A stretch of DNA of 64,000 nt from Paraphysomonas bandaiensis (lineage: Eukaryota; Protista; Chrysophyceae), in contig CBFFRP010000207.1 of NCBI GenBank assembly GCA_965644295.1, positions 6,282 to 70,281 of the forward strand, read 5' to 3'. Numbering within the stretch: position 1 is the stretch's first letter; the number at the start of each line of letters is the position of its first letter. The notes below the pieces were generated by a model. That model was not told where the DNA came from, ran no database searches, and was given only the letters and a program-made list of their open reading frames with translations. This document shows positions 1 through 13,300 of the stretch, piece after piece. The translations under genes were made by a program, and so were the position numbers.

Positions 1-1388
1 TGCTGACTGAGTTGTTTGCTGAGGAGATTGCAGCGCATCATTAGTTGGCTATCGGCCTCCTCCCACATAGTTTCAGCCATGTCTCTTATATCAAGGTATT
101 GGTTCAGCACCATACACAATTCCGCTGTTTCGTAAATGTGCTCTTCAGCCACTAACTCATGTACATTGTCAAGAACTGTCAGCCTACTTAACCACTCGCG
201 AACATTTGATGGTAATTGCAAGCCGTTTCCTCGATTTAAGACTAGTTGGGCAAGCTGAGAAATATCTTCCGCAGAACTCTCTCTTGCTATTTTCATTTGC
301 TCAAAAAAGTGGTCCTTTAAACGATCAGTGACCTCAGTAGCTGTACAAGCCATGTAAATCTGCTGCTCCCAATGCTGCAGTGGCTCTGCTATATGAGCGG
401 TGTATCGCTGTCTTGACCATCTGGTGGTATGTACCCTCCGTCGATCTGCGTACTGTTGCAGGATGTTAAGAGAAATCTTTAGGTCCATAGGGTCTCTAGC
501 CCCACGATCCAGGTACAAATGCTCCATATATGTGTCCTCGTTTAGGTCTGGCCGAGGACGCAATCTTCTATGGCCCAATATTATGCACTTCTCTAATGTG
601 TCTGTGGTGGGTCTCTTTGATCTGAGTATCCCCCTTCTTACTCGGCATCGATAACATAGACCACCCTGAATTTCCATTGAATTCACCTGGTCCTTACAAT
701 CAATACATTGATTTTCCGAGCAATAATAACATATTCCTCCAGCGGTGAGACGCTTGGGATCTGTGAGTCGCTGACAGATTTGACACCTATCTGCATCTCT
801 ACCTAGTTGGTCTGGTCTGCTGGTGTTATATACACCTTGCAATCCAGAGGTGGAATGTAGCACATTGTGTGCTTCATCCCCTGCGTGAGGTAAGGGTGTA
901 TAATGACACTCCTTTGCCTCAGCCTCCTTGTTACTTTGTTCCTTGAATGGCAAGGGGTCCATATGTAATGGACTATCTCCTGTCGCATCTGCATCAAACG
1001 AACAAAAATCATCCTGAGCCCTCAATGGTTGAATAGCGTCCTTACCGAATGCGAGAGGTTTTCGGGCTGACAAGGGTACCTCCTCCGGACTACTAAGACG
1101 ATCCACCAGTTCTGGAACAGTCGTTGCTTGACTGTCTGCTTCATGAGTTTCTGTCTCTCTAAAGTCGTCACTTTGTTTATTGAGAGATGAAATTTCCTTA
1201 AAAAATTGAGACACCAACGTCTCTGATTCGATCTCAGACAACCCAAATGCCAAGCCTATATCCCGGATTTGATCCTCACTGGCATTGGCAATGGAAGGGT
1301 CTAACCCTCCAAGCATAAGCCTGAGGGTCCTTCTCACTGACTCGAATTTAGTAGACTCTTGTGCGCTATCAAGAGTCTCCTCCTCCAT
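1..1388 (-). CDS. Long intronless ORF (462 codons or more, open past the window edge) with a Cys-rich zinc-finger-like cluster; possibly transposon-derived (gag/ORF1-like)
   Basis: Manual translation from ATG at 1388 (MEEETLDSAQESTKFESVRRTLRLMLGG...) meets no stop down to base 1. Contains CQIC..CYYC..CIDC..CYRC. It is absent from the ORF track because no stop falls in the window. Confidence 0.7.
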   Translation of the reverse strand, partial: MEEETLDSAQESTKFESVRRTLRLMLGGLDPSIANASEDQIRDIGLAFGLSEIESETLVSQFFKEISSLNKQSDDFRETETHEADSQATTVPELVDRLSSPEEVPLSARKPLAFGKDAIQPLRAQDDFCSFDADATGDSPLHMDPLPFKEQSNKEAEAKECHYTPLPHAGDEAHNVLHSTSGLQGVYNTSRPDQLGRDADRCQICQRLTDPKRLTAGGICYYCSENQCIDCKDQVNSMEIQGGLCYRCRVRRGILRSKRPTTDTLEKCIILGHRRLRPRPDLNEDTYMEHLYLDRGARDPMDLKISLNILQQYADRRRVHTTRWSRQRYTAHIAEPLQHWEQQIYMACTATEVTDRLKDHFFEQMKIARESSAEDISQLAQLVLNRGNGLQLPSNVREWLSRLTVLDNVHELVAEEHIYETAELCMVLNQYLDIRDMAETMWEEADSQLMMRCNLLSKQLSQ

Positions 1389-2833
1389 AATAATAGCAAT
1401 ATAATCAAATCACAATGAACAAATATATGTCTACAACTACAATGCTATCTACCAGCAATTTCAAGAGTAAGGAAATTGCATCTTATTATCAATAATATAA
1501 ATATGTCTACCTACGATTCCGTGATCAATGGAATGAACATCATTCATATTCAATACCAAACACATCAGTCTAACACAGTTGATCATAATAACTCATCACA
1601 ACTGTATAAGGGAAGATACATTCAGTATTCTCTTTGTAGTTGAAGCCTGGTATTCGTACTCCTTAGTACAATCAATCCCCAATAAGCACTGAAGGAAATA
1701 CGTAATGTATAACTGTATTACTGGATAATCTGGCAATACACATCTATCAGCGTGGATATCAAACCCGGAATTCTCCAGTAAACTTCTCCAGCCTTAAAGT
1801 CAATATATATATATAATAAGAACTTATATATATATCATCCATCATCAGTATCATCATTATGTCTCATTATTGATAATCATGTCTTTCTTTGTCTTTTGAA
1901 TGATTATGTAAATGTCAATGATAAGCATGAATTGTCATAGTCATAATACATCATATATCTCAGTGTGAATTATGGTAATAATAATAATATTCAAGCTATG
2001 TTTGCACAGATAGTATGTACAAACTTAAGCATATACAATAGAGAGCTTGTAGAATAGAATAACTTGATAGCTGGTTATTACACGAAAACATACGGTACTG
2101 TACTGTGTAAAGCTATTAATTTATGCTTTTAGTTAGTGCAATATTGACTGATTGATATTATAGGAGATATAGTAAGTAAGTTTATGATGTTGTAGCACTG
2201 TGAGTTAGGAACCACGTCATTCACCAACATCAACATTCTGTTCTACAAATCATATCTTTAACAGCTACTATATTTTCAGTTTCTTTGTATACTTGTAATA
2301 GCTACTCCTATACTGTAGTCATGTATATTCTGTATTTCATTGCTACATAGAATACAGGATAACTAGTAGCGATTGGCTTTACCAAACTTCAAGTACGCAC
2401 GTAGGAGTTGGTTGTAGTTCAATAAAAGCATTAGTACAAGCTGGTAGAAACATGCAGATGTAAACTCTTTTGATTACATCGATGCAATAATTTTCCCTTT
2501 CTTTTAACAAGAACACAAATCAGCACAGTGGATGATGGCATCTGAAAAGATACGCAACTGCAATAGTTGCATAGTAAAAACGTAAAAACCATGTATATAT
2601 ACGAATACGACACCTCAAGCGCAATAAAAATACAATTTAACGTTATATTTATTAATTGCTTACTACGAGCTAGAATTGATTACCAAGATATTACATTGAT
2701 CGTTTTTTCGATATCAACATTGCTGACACGGAATTGCGACAAAATGCAGCAGGCATTTGAAAGCAACTGTAAAGATAAAGATGACCGTATATTCTATAAA
2801 CTTTCTTTCAGTTGTCATATTACTTGCCACATT

Positions 2834-4209
2834 TTAGTTATTCGGATCAGTTCCATCGCGAGGGTTAGGCAACAGTCCAGCAGCGATAGCCCTCTCTTTG
2901 AATTTCGCGATGAGCTCACGGGCATTCGGAATATCAATGCACAGCTCAGAAGCATACTCATCGGTACTCTTAAATCCCAGTATGCACTGGTCCTTGGACA
3001 TAATATCCGCTGACACCAAGTGGGCGAAGAGAACAGACATGGCCTCCTGTTTATCAGCGCTCTGGTCAAGGGACAGAGAGATGCCGCGCTTGATGATTTC
3101 ATGATGAAAGTAAGCAGAATTGAGTTCTTGAATGCATCTGACGAAATACAAAGAATATCATATGGTATATTGATAGCGTGAAATCGATAGTATTACCTGG
3201 ATGCTTCAGTAATATCACCAGCAAGAATATACTCTCTGAGAAGGAGATCCACAGCCACCTACACACCAGAGACTATTAAAAAAGTAGTATTTCCCAGAAA
3301 CGCTTGATACCTTCAAGTCTTGAACGGGACGTCCATCGCCCGGGCCCCATGCGCGCTCAAGCAGGGTGCTTCCATGCTCGCGAGAAAGCATGCGCTTAGC
3401 GTGTTCGACAACATCACCGCCGAGGTTGCGAACAACAACGTCGGATAGGAAAGAAGGCGGGATAACTTCATCCACTACGGCGCGCGCAATGAAGGTCGCA
3501 ATTCTGTCCCGCGCACTGGGAACATCTTTTTCCAACTCACTTACAAGCTCCAGTAGTCGTTCAAATCCTTTGCCAATCATGTTCGTTGAGAGAATATCGG
3601 GATAACTAGTAGACAACAATTGGGATACCAGCTCGCGTTCTCTGTCGGATCGATCCAATGCCATACTTACTGCGCGTTTCACAAGTTCATATGAAAACTC
3701 CGGGCATTCTAATTCAAGAACTAGTCTCTGAATTTCATCTATATCCCCACTCTCGAAATATTCCTAACGATGCATCGTCATTGTAGCAAGCGATGGAAAA
3801 AACAAAATACCTCGATTGCCGATTCAACTTTCTTTTTGTACTCAGGTAATGGCATAGCGGCCAAAGTCACAGCTTTGCGCAATTCAGGATCATAATTGCA
3901 CCTCACTGGAGATGTCCCAGGCACATACTCCCTCCCAGTGTCCTCCTAACACACAACTAAGATAACCCATACGACTTCTGCATTACAAACCTCGCTGTCG
4001 TAATTCGGATCATTCTCATCTAACGCACATGGATCCTGATAGAGACTCCCATCATCGATTAGTTTAGATTTGTTTGATTTTGAACTGCCTCCACTGCCAG
4101 TTCTCTTGCGCACAATGTTTCGCTTTGAAGATCCCTCCGGGCCCGTTCTAGTCTCAGGGATAACAGGGCGGCGAGGTCCAGCGGAACTGTTGTTTGCAAA
4201 TGAAGACAT
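2834..4209 (-). CDS. PDCD4: MA3-domain protein, PDCD4-like translation regulator (multi-exon)
   Basis: Exon ORFs give ALDENDPNYDSE, KRAVSMALDRSDRERELVSQLLS, FIARAVVDEVIPPSFL, RAWGPG and FHHEIIKRGI, all typical of tandem MA3 domains; short GT-AG introns. Confidence 0.9.
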
Positions 4210-4278
4210 GTCGTAGTTTGTACTTATGTTATTGTAAATATTCGAAGTAAGAATCCAGAAATCTAAACTTGTATGCAG

Positions 4279-4500
4279 TGGGTGACTACCTAAATTGCAC
4301 AAACACATAAATGCATAAAAAATAGGCTGCATAAACTCATGAATTTATGCAGATTTATGTTTTTTTAGGAGACCCCTCCGGACCCCTCGTGCAAACTATC
4401 CTATATGCATAAACATATGCAGAAACTGGGTCTGAATAGATTTCTATAATCCCAGATTTTTTATGCATTTATGTATTTATGCAATTTAGGTAGTCACCCA
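4279..4500. mobile_element. MITE-like element, about 222 bp, with about 43-bp terminal inverted repeats
   Basis: TGGGTGACTACCTAAATTGCACAAACACATAAATGCATAAAAAA at 4279 and TTTTTTATGCATTTATGTATTTATGCAATTTAGGTAGTCACCCA ending at 4500; internal CATAAA/TTTATG subrepeats. Confidence 0.8.
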
Positions 4501-5026
4501 GTAATCAGCAGGGTGTTGTGCATACACACATACACATAAATACAGCGAGACTGACATACCATACATACGATACATGCACTTATACAGAACAGCAACAAGA
4601 ACTCTTATGATGCAGTGAGCGATGAATGGGTCTTGAACTGATCAAAAAAAGGGGAAGTTGGAGAACTTTTTCAGTTTGTAGTTTCATATTATCAAATCAT
4701 CTGGCTGTAGTCCTTGTATACCATGGTATACACAGTACATGAGAGTGTAAGTTGTTGGGTTGGAATTCGAAAGAGTGTACCAGTATACATCCGACATCTG
4801 GTATATAGATATAGGAGCAGTTGCTGTATTTTTGATACGTCTGCAATTTTTATATAAGGGTTGAATTGGTATCTTTTTCCGGGATTTTTATTCCTAAAAT
4901 TGCACATTCTTATCAAAAACAGCTCGATACATAAACACCGTATGGTTTAGCACACAGTCGAGTCGAGTGTTTAAAGTCGTCTAGAATGACAAGTGATCCA
5001 ACACATTCATAGAACAGTATTATATC

Positions 5027-5825
5027 ATGCAAGATATTATCGCTCGTGCCAGGCTGCTTGTAGAGCCTGAAAGGAAACGAGAATGGTATGAAGAGGTCGA
5101 GCAAGAGGTCTGTTCTCTGTTCCCAGAAATGACATATCAGCAGCGGCTTATCGGTAATAACATGCTCAATAGAGGGGGATCTGCATTGTAACTCATATAC
5201 AGGATGCTTTAGCTGTATTGCTTTTGGATTTCTTTTGTCAATGGGAAGCTTGTTTCGATTAGTGCAGTTGTTGGAAGGAAACCCCGGGCCCTTCGCCCTC
5301 ATGTACTCTATAGGAAATATAGTTGCCCTTTGTGCCTCTTGTTTTCTTTATGGGCCATGGTCACAGATAAAGAAAATGTTTGCATTCACCAGGATAGTCA
5401 CAACTGTAGTGTATTTAACTATGCTTGGACTGACACTGTTTTTGGTAATACATTGTTGAATTTTTGTTTGTACTCATTCGAGATTTAGGCCCTCTACCCT
5501 GGTGATATCCCATTGCGAGTTTTATTTCTTGTATTTTCCATATTTCTTCAGTTTCTTGCGTTGAGTAAGTTATTGCTTTAGGAAGTGTAATATTTACAGG
5601 GGTTTACTAACTCCTACTTCCCTGTAGTTTGGTATACCATCAGCTTCATTCCTTTTGCGCGTGATATGGTTAAGAACTGCTGTATTACAGCTTGTTGCCA
5701 GTGTGACGCCTGCAAGGTAAAGTTATATAACGCCGTTGTGTATTGCTATGACTTTGCCTGTTCGAACCATAAACTAACTTCTTTCGTAGGATAAAAGTTG
5801 GCAAGACTTCGGTAACTCGCTTTAA
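5027..5825 (+). CDS. SFT2: Vesicle transport protein, SFT2/Got1 family (5 exons)
   Basis: Spliced reading MQDIIARARLL...MTYQQRLIGCF...FALMYSIGNIVALCASCFLYGPWSQIKKMF...WYTISFIPFARDMV matches the SFT2 pattern. Confidence 0.9.
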
Positions 5826-6959
5826 GGAATGTAATATTAGAGATTTTAATTATGAATCGTGCGTTACTTCAAGGATATTCTATTATATTGTAGTTTTTGC
5901 ACTAGGGTCCTTCTTGATTACATCTTTTAGAAAGACCCAATGCTTGGATATGTGTTTATAAGTCATTTGTTGTCAACTAAAGTAATAAGCCATGACACAC
6001 AACAGAGTACGATGACCTGATTTCTTTCAAAATAATACATCAACTACTCTACGGTTACGACATACGGCAGTACTACTATAAAACCTACTCAACATTACTT
6101 TCACTGAAGTTGTTGAGAATGGCTCTTTGTAAGCAATTAAAATCTATAGTCTGAGATATTTGAATTATCGAAGAATACAGCAGTGGGTAACTGTATGTTG
6201 GAAATTGCTCATTCTTAACTAGATCTCAGAGAGAATTTGTCGTTAGACTAGATAGATTAATTAACATCGTTTACATGAAAATGTGACAAACAATACTATC
6301 TCACTTTGTTCCACGCATAATCTCCTACATATGTGAACCTCTTGTTACTAAACATATCTTGAAAGATCAAACTATTTCAGTTTCTCAATATCATCACAGC
6401 ATTTGTACATCACAATATTTCACTATATTCTCGTACATTGTCTTCAAGTGACATACTGAATATACTAGAATATAGTCCATATTTTAATGCTGTATTCTGT
6501 GTTACGAATGAGAACTAATGTTATGATATAGTGATGTAGTGATGACAGTAGTGAATTATAAAGATCGTAAGTTGTGTGTCTCATCGTAAATGACTGGTAG
6601 TTGAGATTTGAGATAACGTGAATTAGGGTTACCGAAATAAATTACTGCCACAATACTGCAAACGAAGTAATACTATACATAGCAAGAGGGAAGATGGGAC
6701 AGGTCCTTACATCTTTCATGATTAGTATCTATATATATGTAAAATGCACCACCCAGCAATGAAATTGCCTAGCATTTCCTAGTTATAGGAATTGACTATG
6801 GTTTGAGATAAGCCGGTCTCTTTCAACCACGGTTACGGATCAACCACCTAGAATACATTGTTATGCACCAATATCGTTATTGTTGTTGTTAAAAGCTTGC
6901 TCACATTGTTTGGAATGTCTTACTACTAGCAACAAGCGTTTTAGCATTTTTCAATATAA

Positions 6960-7563
6960 CTAACTAGTGTTTAATTCTGATATCCTACTATTTAGCGCTA
7001 CCAAAGCTGCTTGTGCGTCACCGCAAGCACCAAGGTGCAACTCCTTTCGCTCTATCACTCTAAGCAAACGCAGCGAGTATGCAGAATGTTGATATATACC
7101 TGACATCTGACATATGCTGACTTCAGGATTTTCAAGAAGTCCTCAAGGTGAACAGACCGGATGCTTGACTTCAGCAGCAGGCAGCCCTATACCCCGGCGG
7201 ATGCCCTTGAAGTGGACCCATTCCCGGGTGCCTGTTTATTCGTCAAGGTCCAAAGGCGACTACACAAGTGACACTTATTACTGTCCCTTGTACTACACAA
7301 GCATTGCCATGCATCCATGAGGAAAGTTTGACGCATTACTTCGGTCATTGGCCACAGAGATACCGAATAATGTAAACTCATACTCAGCATCAATCACTCA
7401 AAGAAAACGCAATGAGCAATCAGAATGTTGATATGCCTGATACCCCTGTTACCCCTGTTACCCTTGAGGTGGGGCCATTCTGGGATGCTTGTTTATTCGT
7501 CAGGGCCCAAAGACGTCTACACAAGCGACACTTATTAGTGTCCCTTGTACCACACAAGCATTA
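6960..7563 (-). mobile_element. Degenerate copy of a dispersed retroposon-like 3' fragment, with an internal duplication
   Basis: 6975-7055 is the reverse complement of segments at about 38800-38872 and 44220-44297. 7205-7305 and 7461-7563 are diverged direct repeats matching the reverse complement of 44062-44160. Confidence 0.65.
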
Positions 7564-8142
7564 GGCTACGAGTGGGCTGAGAATTTTCAGCTGACTATGC
7601 TTGCGGCTCAAGTTAGTTTCGCGGAGAAATATCTCCCAGAAAAGATGTGAGTTCGACTGTGTTGATGGTCTTTGGTATATTGGTATATTTCGGGGTTAGG
7701 ACTGCAATCTCATACATATATTTAATCACAATGCCTGATTTGATAAAAATAAGTTAGTGTATATCACTACAGCTTTTACACTGAATCGATATTCGATAAC
7801 GACGGTACATTGAGGGAATTTCAATTTAGTGGATTTATTCAGCTGAAAGTAATCTGCGGAGCAGCCTCCTAACCACCTCGATTTATTCCTGTGATACAAG
7901 AGTTTGGCAATTGTAAAAGCACTTGAACCTAAAGGCATTGTCCTCTTCAGAATATAATATTATTCACTAGTAATGCTAATGGCTAGAATCGAATACAACT
8001 ATATATTATTTAATTTATTCATAGTGCATTATTCGAAAATTCCTCTATAACATTATTCAAATACATGTTTGTAGTTGCGAGAAATTCAGCAACACACATA
8101 ACTGCCCTATCACCTCCAAACGTTTCTCAGACTTGCATCCCA

Positions 8143-9874
8143 TCAGTAAAAATTCTGGAGTGACTGTCTATATCTTAACTCCTTCAGATTTTGTTTTGCT
8201 CTCTCGATTCCAGGAATCGTTTTCTTCACTGCCATCGAAGAATTGAGCCGAAGATCTACCTCCAGCATCTGACTAGCACTAACTGTGTGATATAAATCAC
8301 ACTGCTGATATGGAGTTAAATGGGAGTGCTCTGTAACAGATCTAGCTCTTGTTGATGTCAACATGTCTTTAAAAAATCTAGAAATCTCTGCGTCAGGGAT
8401 ATATCTCTCGAATCCAGCTTTCATGGCGGGAGTAGAGAGAATCATTCCTATTATCTCAGACACTATTCCTGTCACAAGTGCGGTAGAAGCAGATGATCCT
8501 GACACCACGCCAAACTCTTTGTTCGATGGACCGATAAAGGGAGCGGAGATGTCTTCACCGGGGACGTGGACGTCGAGACAGTCACCGAAATTACTTCCTA
8601 ACAGTGGGAGATTAGAGTAGCGGCTTGTTGCTCCTACTGTCAGCGCGAAGTCTGAGTTCGCTGGTGACCGACCGCACGAGAACATATCCTCATCACCGGC
8701 AGACACCACTGGGAGAACAACTACAATTGAGAGGCCCCTGTCAGCAACAATGGTGATGTACTACATATCCAAACCTTGTGATAGCACATAAATGGCGAAC
8801 TGAAGGGCTCTAGAATGCTTTCCACTGAAACTCATGTTTACAACGGCGTGTAGCCGGCCGCGAAGGTCAGCTATTTCTCTATGCATATCTGCTCACATGT
8901 ACGTAAGAATACACGCCAATCGACGCAACACTACAATAACGTATACATAGGCACTAAGGCATGATACAGGACACCATTTCGAACCAGCAACAGATATGTA
9001 GGATTAGTTCAATGAATGAAAAATCACCTAGCACATAGTCCAGCCCGGCGATAACATCATCCACACGTCCTGTACCATCCGGTCCGAGCACACGCACATT
9101 GATCAGGCGCGTATTGGGGTTCACTCCGCGCATGCTTCCTCCAATTATACCTACACACCACATAAGTACATGTCTTTGTGCGTCATCGACGAAACGGAAG
9201 ATTCATACCAGCCACTTGTGTTCCATGTCCATGGGGGTCGTTTCGTATGTACTCATCGTTAAATGCGTCGAAGCCATGGGTCACCCTCCCGTCGAAGGTC
9301 ACATGGGTGGACTGAATCCCAGTGTCGAGTACGTATACGTTCTGTAAGGAGAATATATCAAAACCTAAACAAAGAAATTATGAAAACGACTTACAACTGA
9401 AGTTTTAGAAGTTTTATTTGAAGAAAGAACGCCGTCTATTGTCTCATACGTTATGGTACAACTACCCTCTTTCGTCATTGTCGGCTCAGTACTGAGGCGC
9501 TCTGCAGATGGTACAAAAGGTACAAAGCTAACAAACTTATCAACATTAGCAACTTTAACCAAATCCACTTCCTCAACAAATTTGACTTCATCATAAACCC
9601 CCAGCATAGATATGTCCTCATCCATAGCCATCGAATAAGCGACAAATCCCATAGTAGCCAAAGACTCGTAACGTCTCAATATTTTAATACTATTAATAGT
9701 GTTCGTTACATTCGTAATGTGGTTATTTAGATAGCTCTTAGCTTCATGACTGGAGCTTATCGCTCCTGTGTCTGTTAGTGGCTTCAGGACGACTATATAC
9801 TCATCTGCACACACTACAGCCATACATATGAATACAAACACATGATACATCGCCAGTAGATTCCACATGATCAT
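8143..9874 (-). CDS. Secreted subtilisin-like S8 serine protease with I9 propeptide (multi-exon)
   Basis: Signal-like N-terminus, DEYIVVLK propeptide, VYVLDTGI (Asp), DPHGHGTQVAGIIGG (His), VVNMSFSG, VSAGD, LTVGAT, SNFGDCLDVHVPGEDI, SGSSAST (Ser). Confidence 0.88.
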
Positions 9875-10333
9875 TCAACGCATTAGTTATAGTGTGGTTA
9901 TGTTATTGTGTCGCTAACTGGAGATTGTGCTCTATGGCGAGACCACATTAATAAAATATTCAGGTGGACACTCTCTCTACATAACTAGAGAGCGTGTAGT
10001 ATACGTATAGTACACACCATACAGAGGGTGGATGGGGGATGAGGACTGTATGTAGGTATGTATGTAGGTATGTATGTATATATGTACCAGGATTCCTACT
10101 ACTATATACGTATATGTCCAGTGTGTGTGCTATGATATGAGTCCAGTATACGGTATACAGCAGTAGTTGTTATGTTGTGTGACTATTGTAGTCTACATCG
10201 CATAGAGCATCAGATATAATTAGCGGCGATATCTAACCTAATCTGCAATTAAGGACAGCTATATACACTAACCGCTGTCTCTATTACAACTACCGGCTGA
10301 TAGAATCAATCTACTCTACACTATAACGCAGAC

Positions 10334-13300
10334 ATGAATATATCTTTCGGTAAAAAGAAATCTCAGTCTCAAGATATTGACGGCCCGCCCACACCTGATA
10401 CAGAAGCCACACATTCACCATCTGGACGAGGATTTTCATCTAAGTTTGGTGATTATGGTCGAAGCATATCGAGTATGTCGAAGAAGATGTCATCCGTTAC
10501 TAGTGCACTTGGGATGGGAGAGAATGAAGATAGTGATAATCGGAAGAGTGACAGCAAACAAGCAGAACGATCCAGAGAAGTTGAAAGACTCGTCGAGCAT
10601 TTCAGGTATACATTACATGCAGTATATATATATGCGGTTTAACTTTTATCTCAGACTTCAATGCCCTCAAACTCATGCCGGTCTCGTAGTAGCCTTCACC
10701 TCGACTACACTTTCTCCTCTTATCGACCCGAACGTAAAGTTCAAATGGTACCGTATGGGGGCTGACATGGAGGGATTTGTACAAATTGATGAGAGTTCTA
10801 GAGCATGGTACCCACCTACAGCAGACGATATTGGGATGAAGATATGCGCCAACTGCGAGGACACTATGGATCAGGGATATTGCAGATATGCCGAGGTACA
10901 TTTCATCCGCATGGAGTTTCTTATCTATGATGTTAACTGCCTCATGTTAACTTACATTTAATTAGCAAGGATATGTTAAATTGTATATTTTTCCCATACA
11001 TCACGAAATAACTTACATGACATCTTTGGACAGGCTGGGCCCGTGGAAGCAGACCCATTACTTTGCTCTATGGTTGAGTCAGCACTGGAGAATGGGCGAT
11101 ATGAGGTACTGTTTTGTACTTGTCTGCGTTTAGTATGTACTGCTACGGGATATGAAGTATGTGCTTTTAAATTGGTGTTCTGGTGTAGGTAAAGGATGTA
11201 AGTGTGAGTCTCGGTACCAAATCGTTGTCACTCTCCGAGCACGGCTTTTCTGCATCAGCCGCTGCTCGTGGTGTATCATCTGGAAATATTACATTTGATA
11301 TGCACAGTGAAGATAGACCATCTGCCCTCTCGTCAAATGCTCCCTTCGTAAAGATCCCTCAAAATATCACGGTGGAGGTGGATAGCAGTGGTGTATTTAT
11401 ATCCGGTGTTTCTGTGTCATCTGATGAAGCACGAGCAAGAAAGGGTTTGTTAGTTTACCCCTCACCAGATCTGGATGTGTCATGCACTCTCCCGGCGTCC
11501 CTTATAATAGTGGTGCCATACACTAAATCTCCGGGTGGGGGACACAGTACGCCGAAAAGAGTGGATTCTGGAGATGCCGACCCCGACGATGGCGGTAGCG
11601 AGGGAAATGATGACGTAAAACCGGCATTTGAATGGGTTGGAGACACGCAGGGTGGCGTCCATGAATGCGTAAAGGAGTTCTTGGAGACAATCCCTCCAGA
11701 TACGACTTGCTTCAAAATATGTCTGGCTTGCTCTGACCGTATGATAAGAGACGCGTTGGTACTTAGCTGTCGTGCCCTAGCAGGTTTCAACCCTGATGTT
11801 GGCGTGCGCGAGCGACTTCAGAGCCTGCCATGGTTTTCCTCCGATGGAACGAGGCGTGTAGCTGAAGTACAAAGCATGGCTGGCAGCGATCTGGGAGGTA
11901 GACTGAAACAGTTAGAGGATGAGAATGCTACCCTAAGGAGGCAGCAACAAGAACTCACCCTCCAGCTAATGGAACATGAGCAGGATTATGGAGGGCCAGG
12001 TTATTTACTGCTAAGGTGTGTAATATTAGTTATAGTATGTCGCAGAGCCTGTCATCCATCTTACTCGAGCGGCATCTGAATCTACTCTCGGAGACGGCGA
12101 TGCCTCTGGTAATGAGGATTCTACTTCGGCATCGCCCAAGCCTGAGGAAAAAGACGAAGAGTCGCAGAATCATTATCAGCAGGCTAGTAACCAGCTAAAA
12201 TTGAAGAATCGTGAGCTCGAGAAAGCGCTTCAAGCAGCTAAGCACCGTGAGGTCTGTACATATTAATGCCTGTTGGTGTAGTTGTATATCCATAGTGTAT
12301 GTGGTTGCAGTGTATATATTCTTTTATGAAACCTTGTTGCAGATTGAATCAGAAAAGTCAATATTGGATTTAAGTACCAAGCTAAAGCGTCTCCATACAG
12401 ATGCTGAGACCCAGGTAGCTTTGTGCAATCATTCATTGAAGTGTTAATAAATTTTACTCCTTAGCAAAACTCGAATCATGAGTTGCTCCAGCGCGTGGCA
12501 GAATCTCATGCAGACGCTAGGGCCCAGCGGAACGCTGCCGAAAAAAGTCAGGCAGAGGCTGCTGAGCTTCGTCAACGCTTGGAGACAGAAACTGCAGAGT
12601 TGCAACGACGACTTGAAACTCTTACCTCGGAACTACAAGATAAGGTTCAGTTGGCCTCCTTGGAATCTTCACAGTCGGTGTGTTTCAAACATATTACTGA
12701 TGCTATATCTATACTAACTTTTATCAGAGCGAATTGCAAGCTGCACTGGATGAGAAGACATCCACAGTATCTCAATTGCGGGATCGCATTATGTGTCTGC
12801 AGACAGATGTGGAAGAGGCCAAATCTCTACGTGAAAATGCAGAGGTCGCATTGGGACAGTGTCGTCAGGAATTGGAAGCAACGCAGCTTGCAGCAGCAGA
12901 TAGCGTAAATGTTATTGAGGAACTGCGGTCTGAGGTCGGGAAGCTAACTGCGAGCAATGAAACGTTGAGTATAGATCTTGCGAAAGTGAAGGAAGAGAGA
13001 GATGAGCTGGAAACGAGGTCCATCCCCAGGCAAAAGTACGAAGAATTAGAAGCATTATGCGACACCGTGCAAGGTACTTGTGATGCGCCATATTGTTATT
13101 ACTTTCTAATGTGCATCTATCTAGGTGAGAAAAATCACTGGCAAAAGAAAGCCGAGAGCTTAGCCAAAGAGGTGAAAAAAGTGCTCAAGGAGTCAAAGCA
13201 TACAGTTCGTGGCCTGGAGATCGATATCGACAACCATCGCAGTATGTGCGCGGTAAGATAGTGCACATTTTGTACACTTCAATTTAAAAAATACATGTAT

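Noticed and set aside
400-1246. Short track ORFs at 400-654, 803-1012 and 1022-1246
   Set aside because: Alternative-frame or antisense shadows of the long 1-1388 minus-strand ORF.
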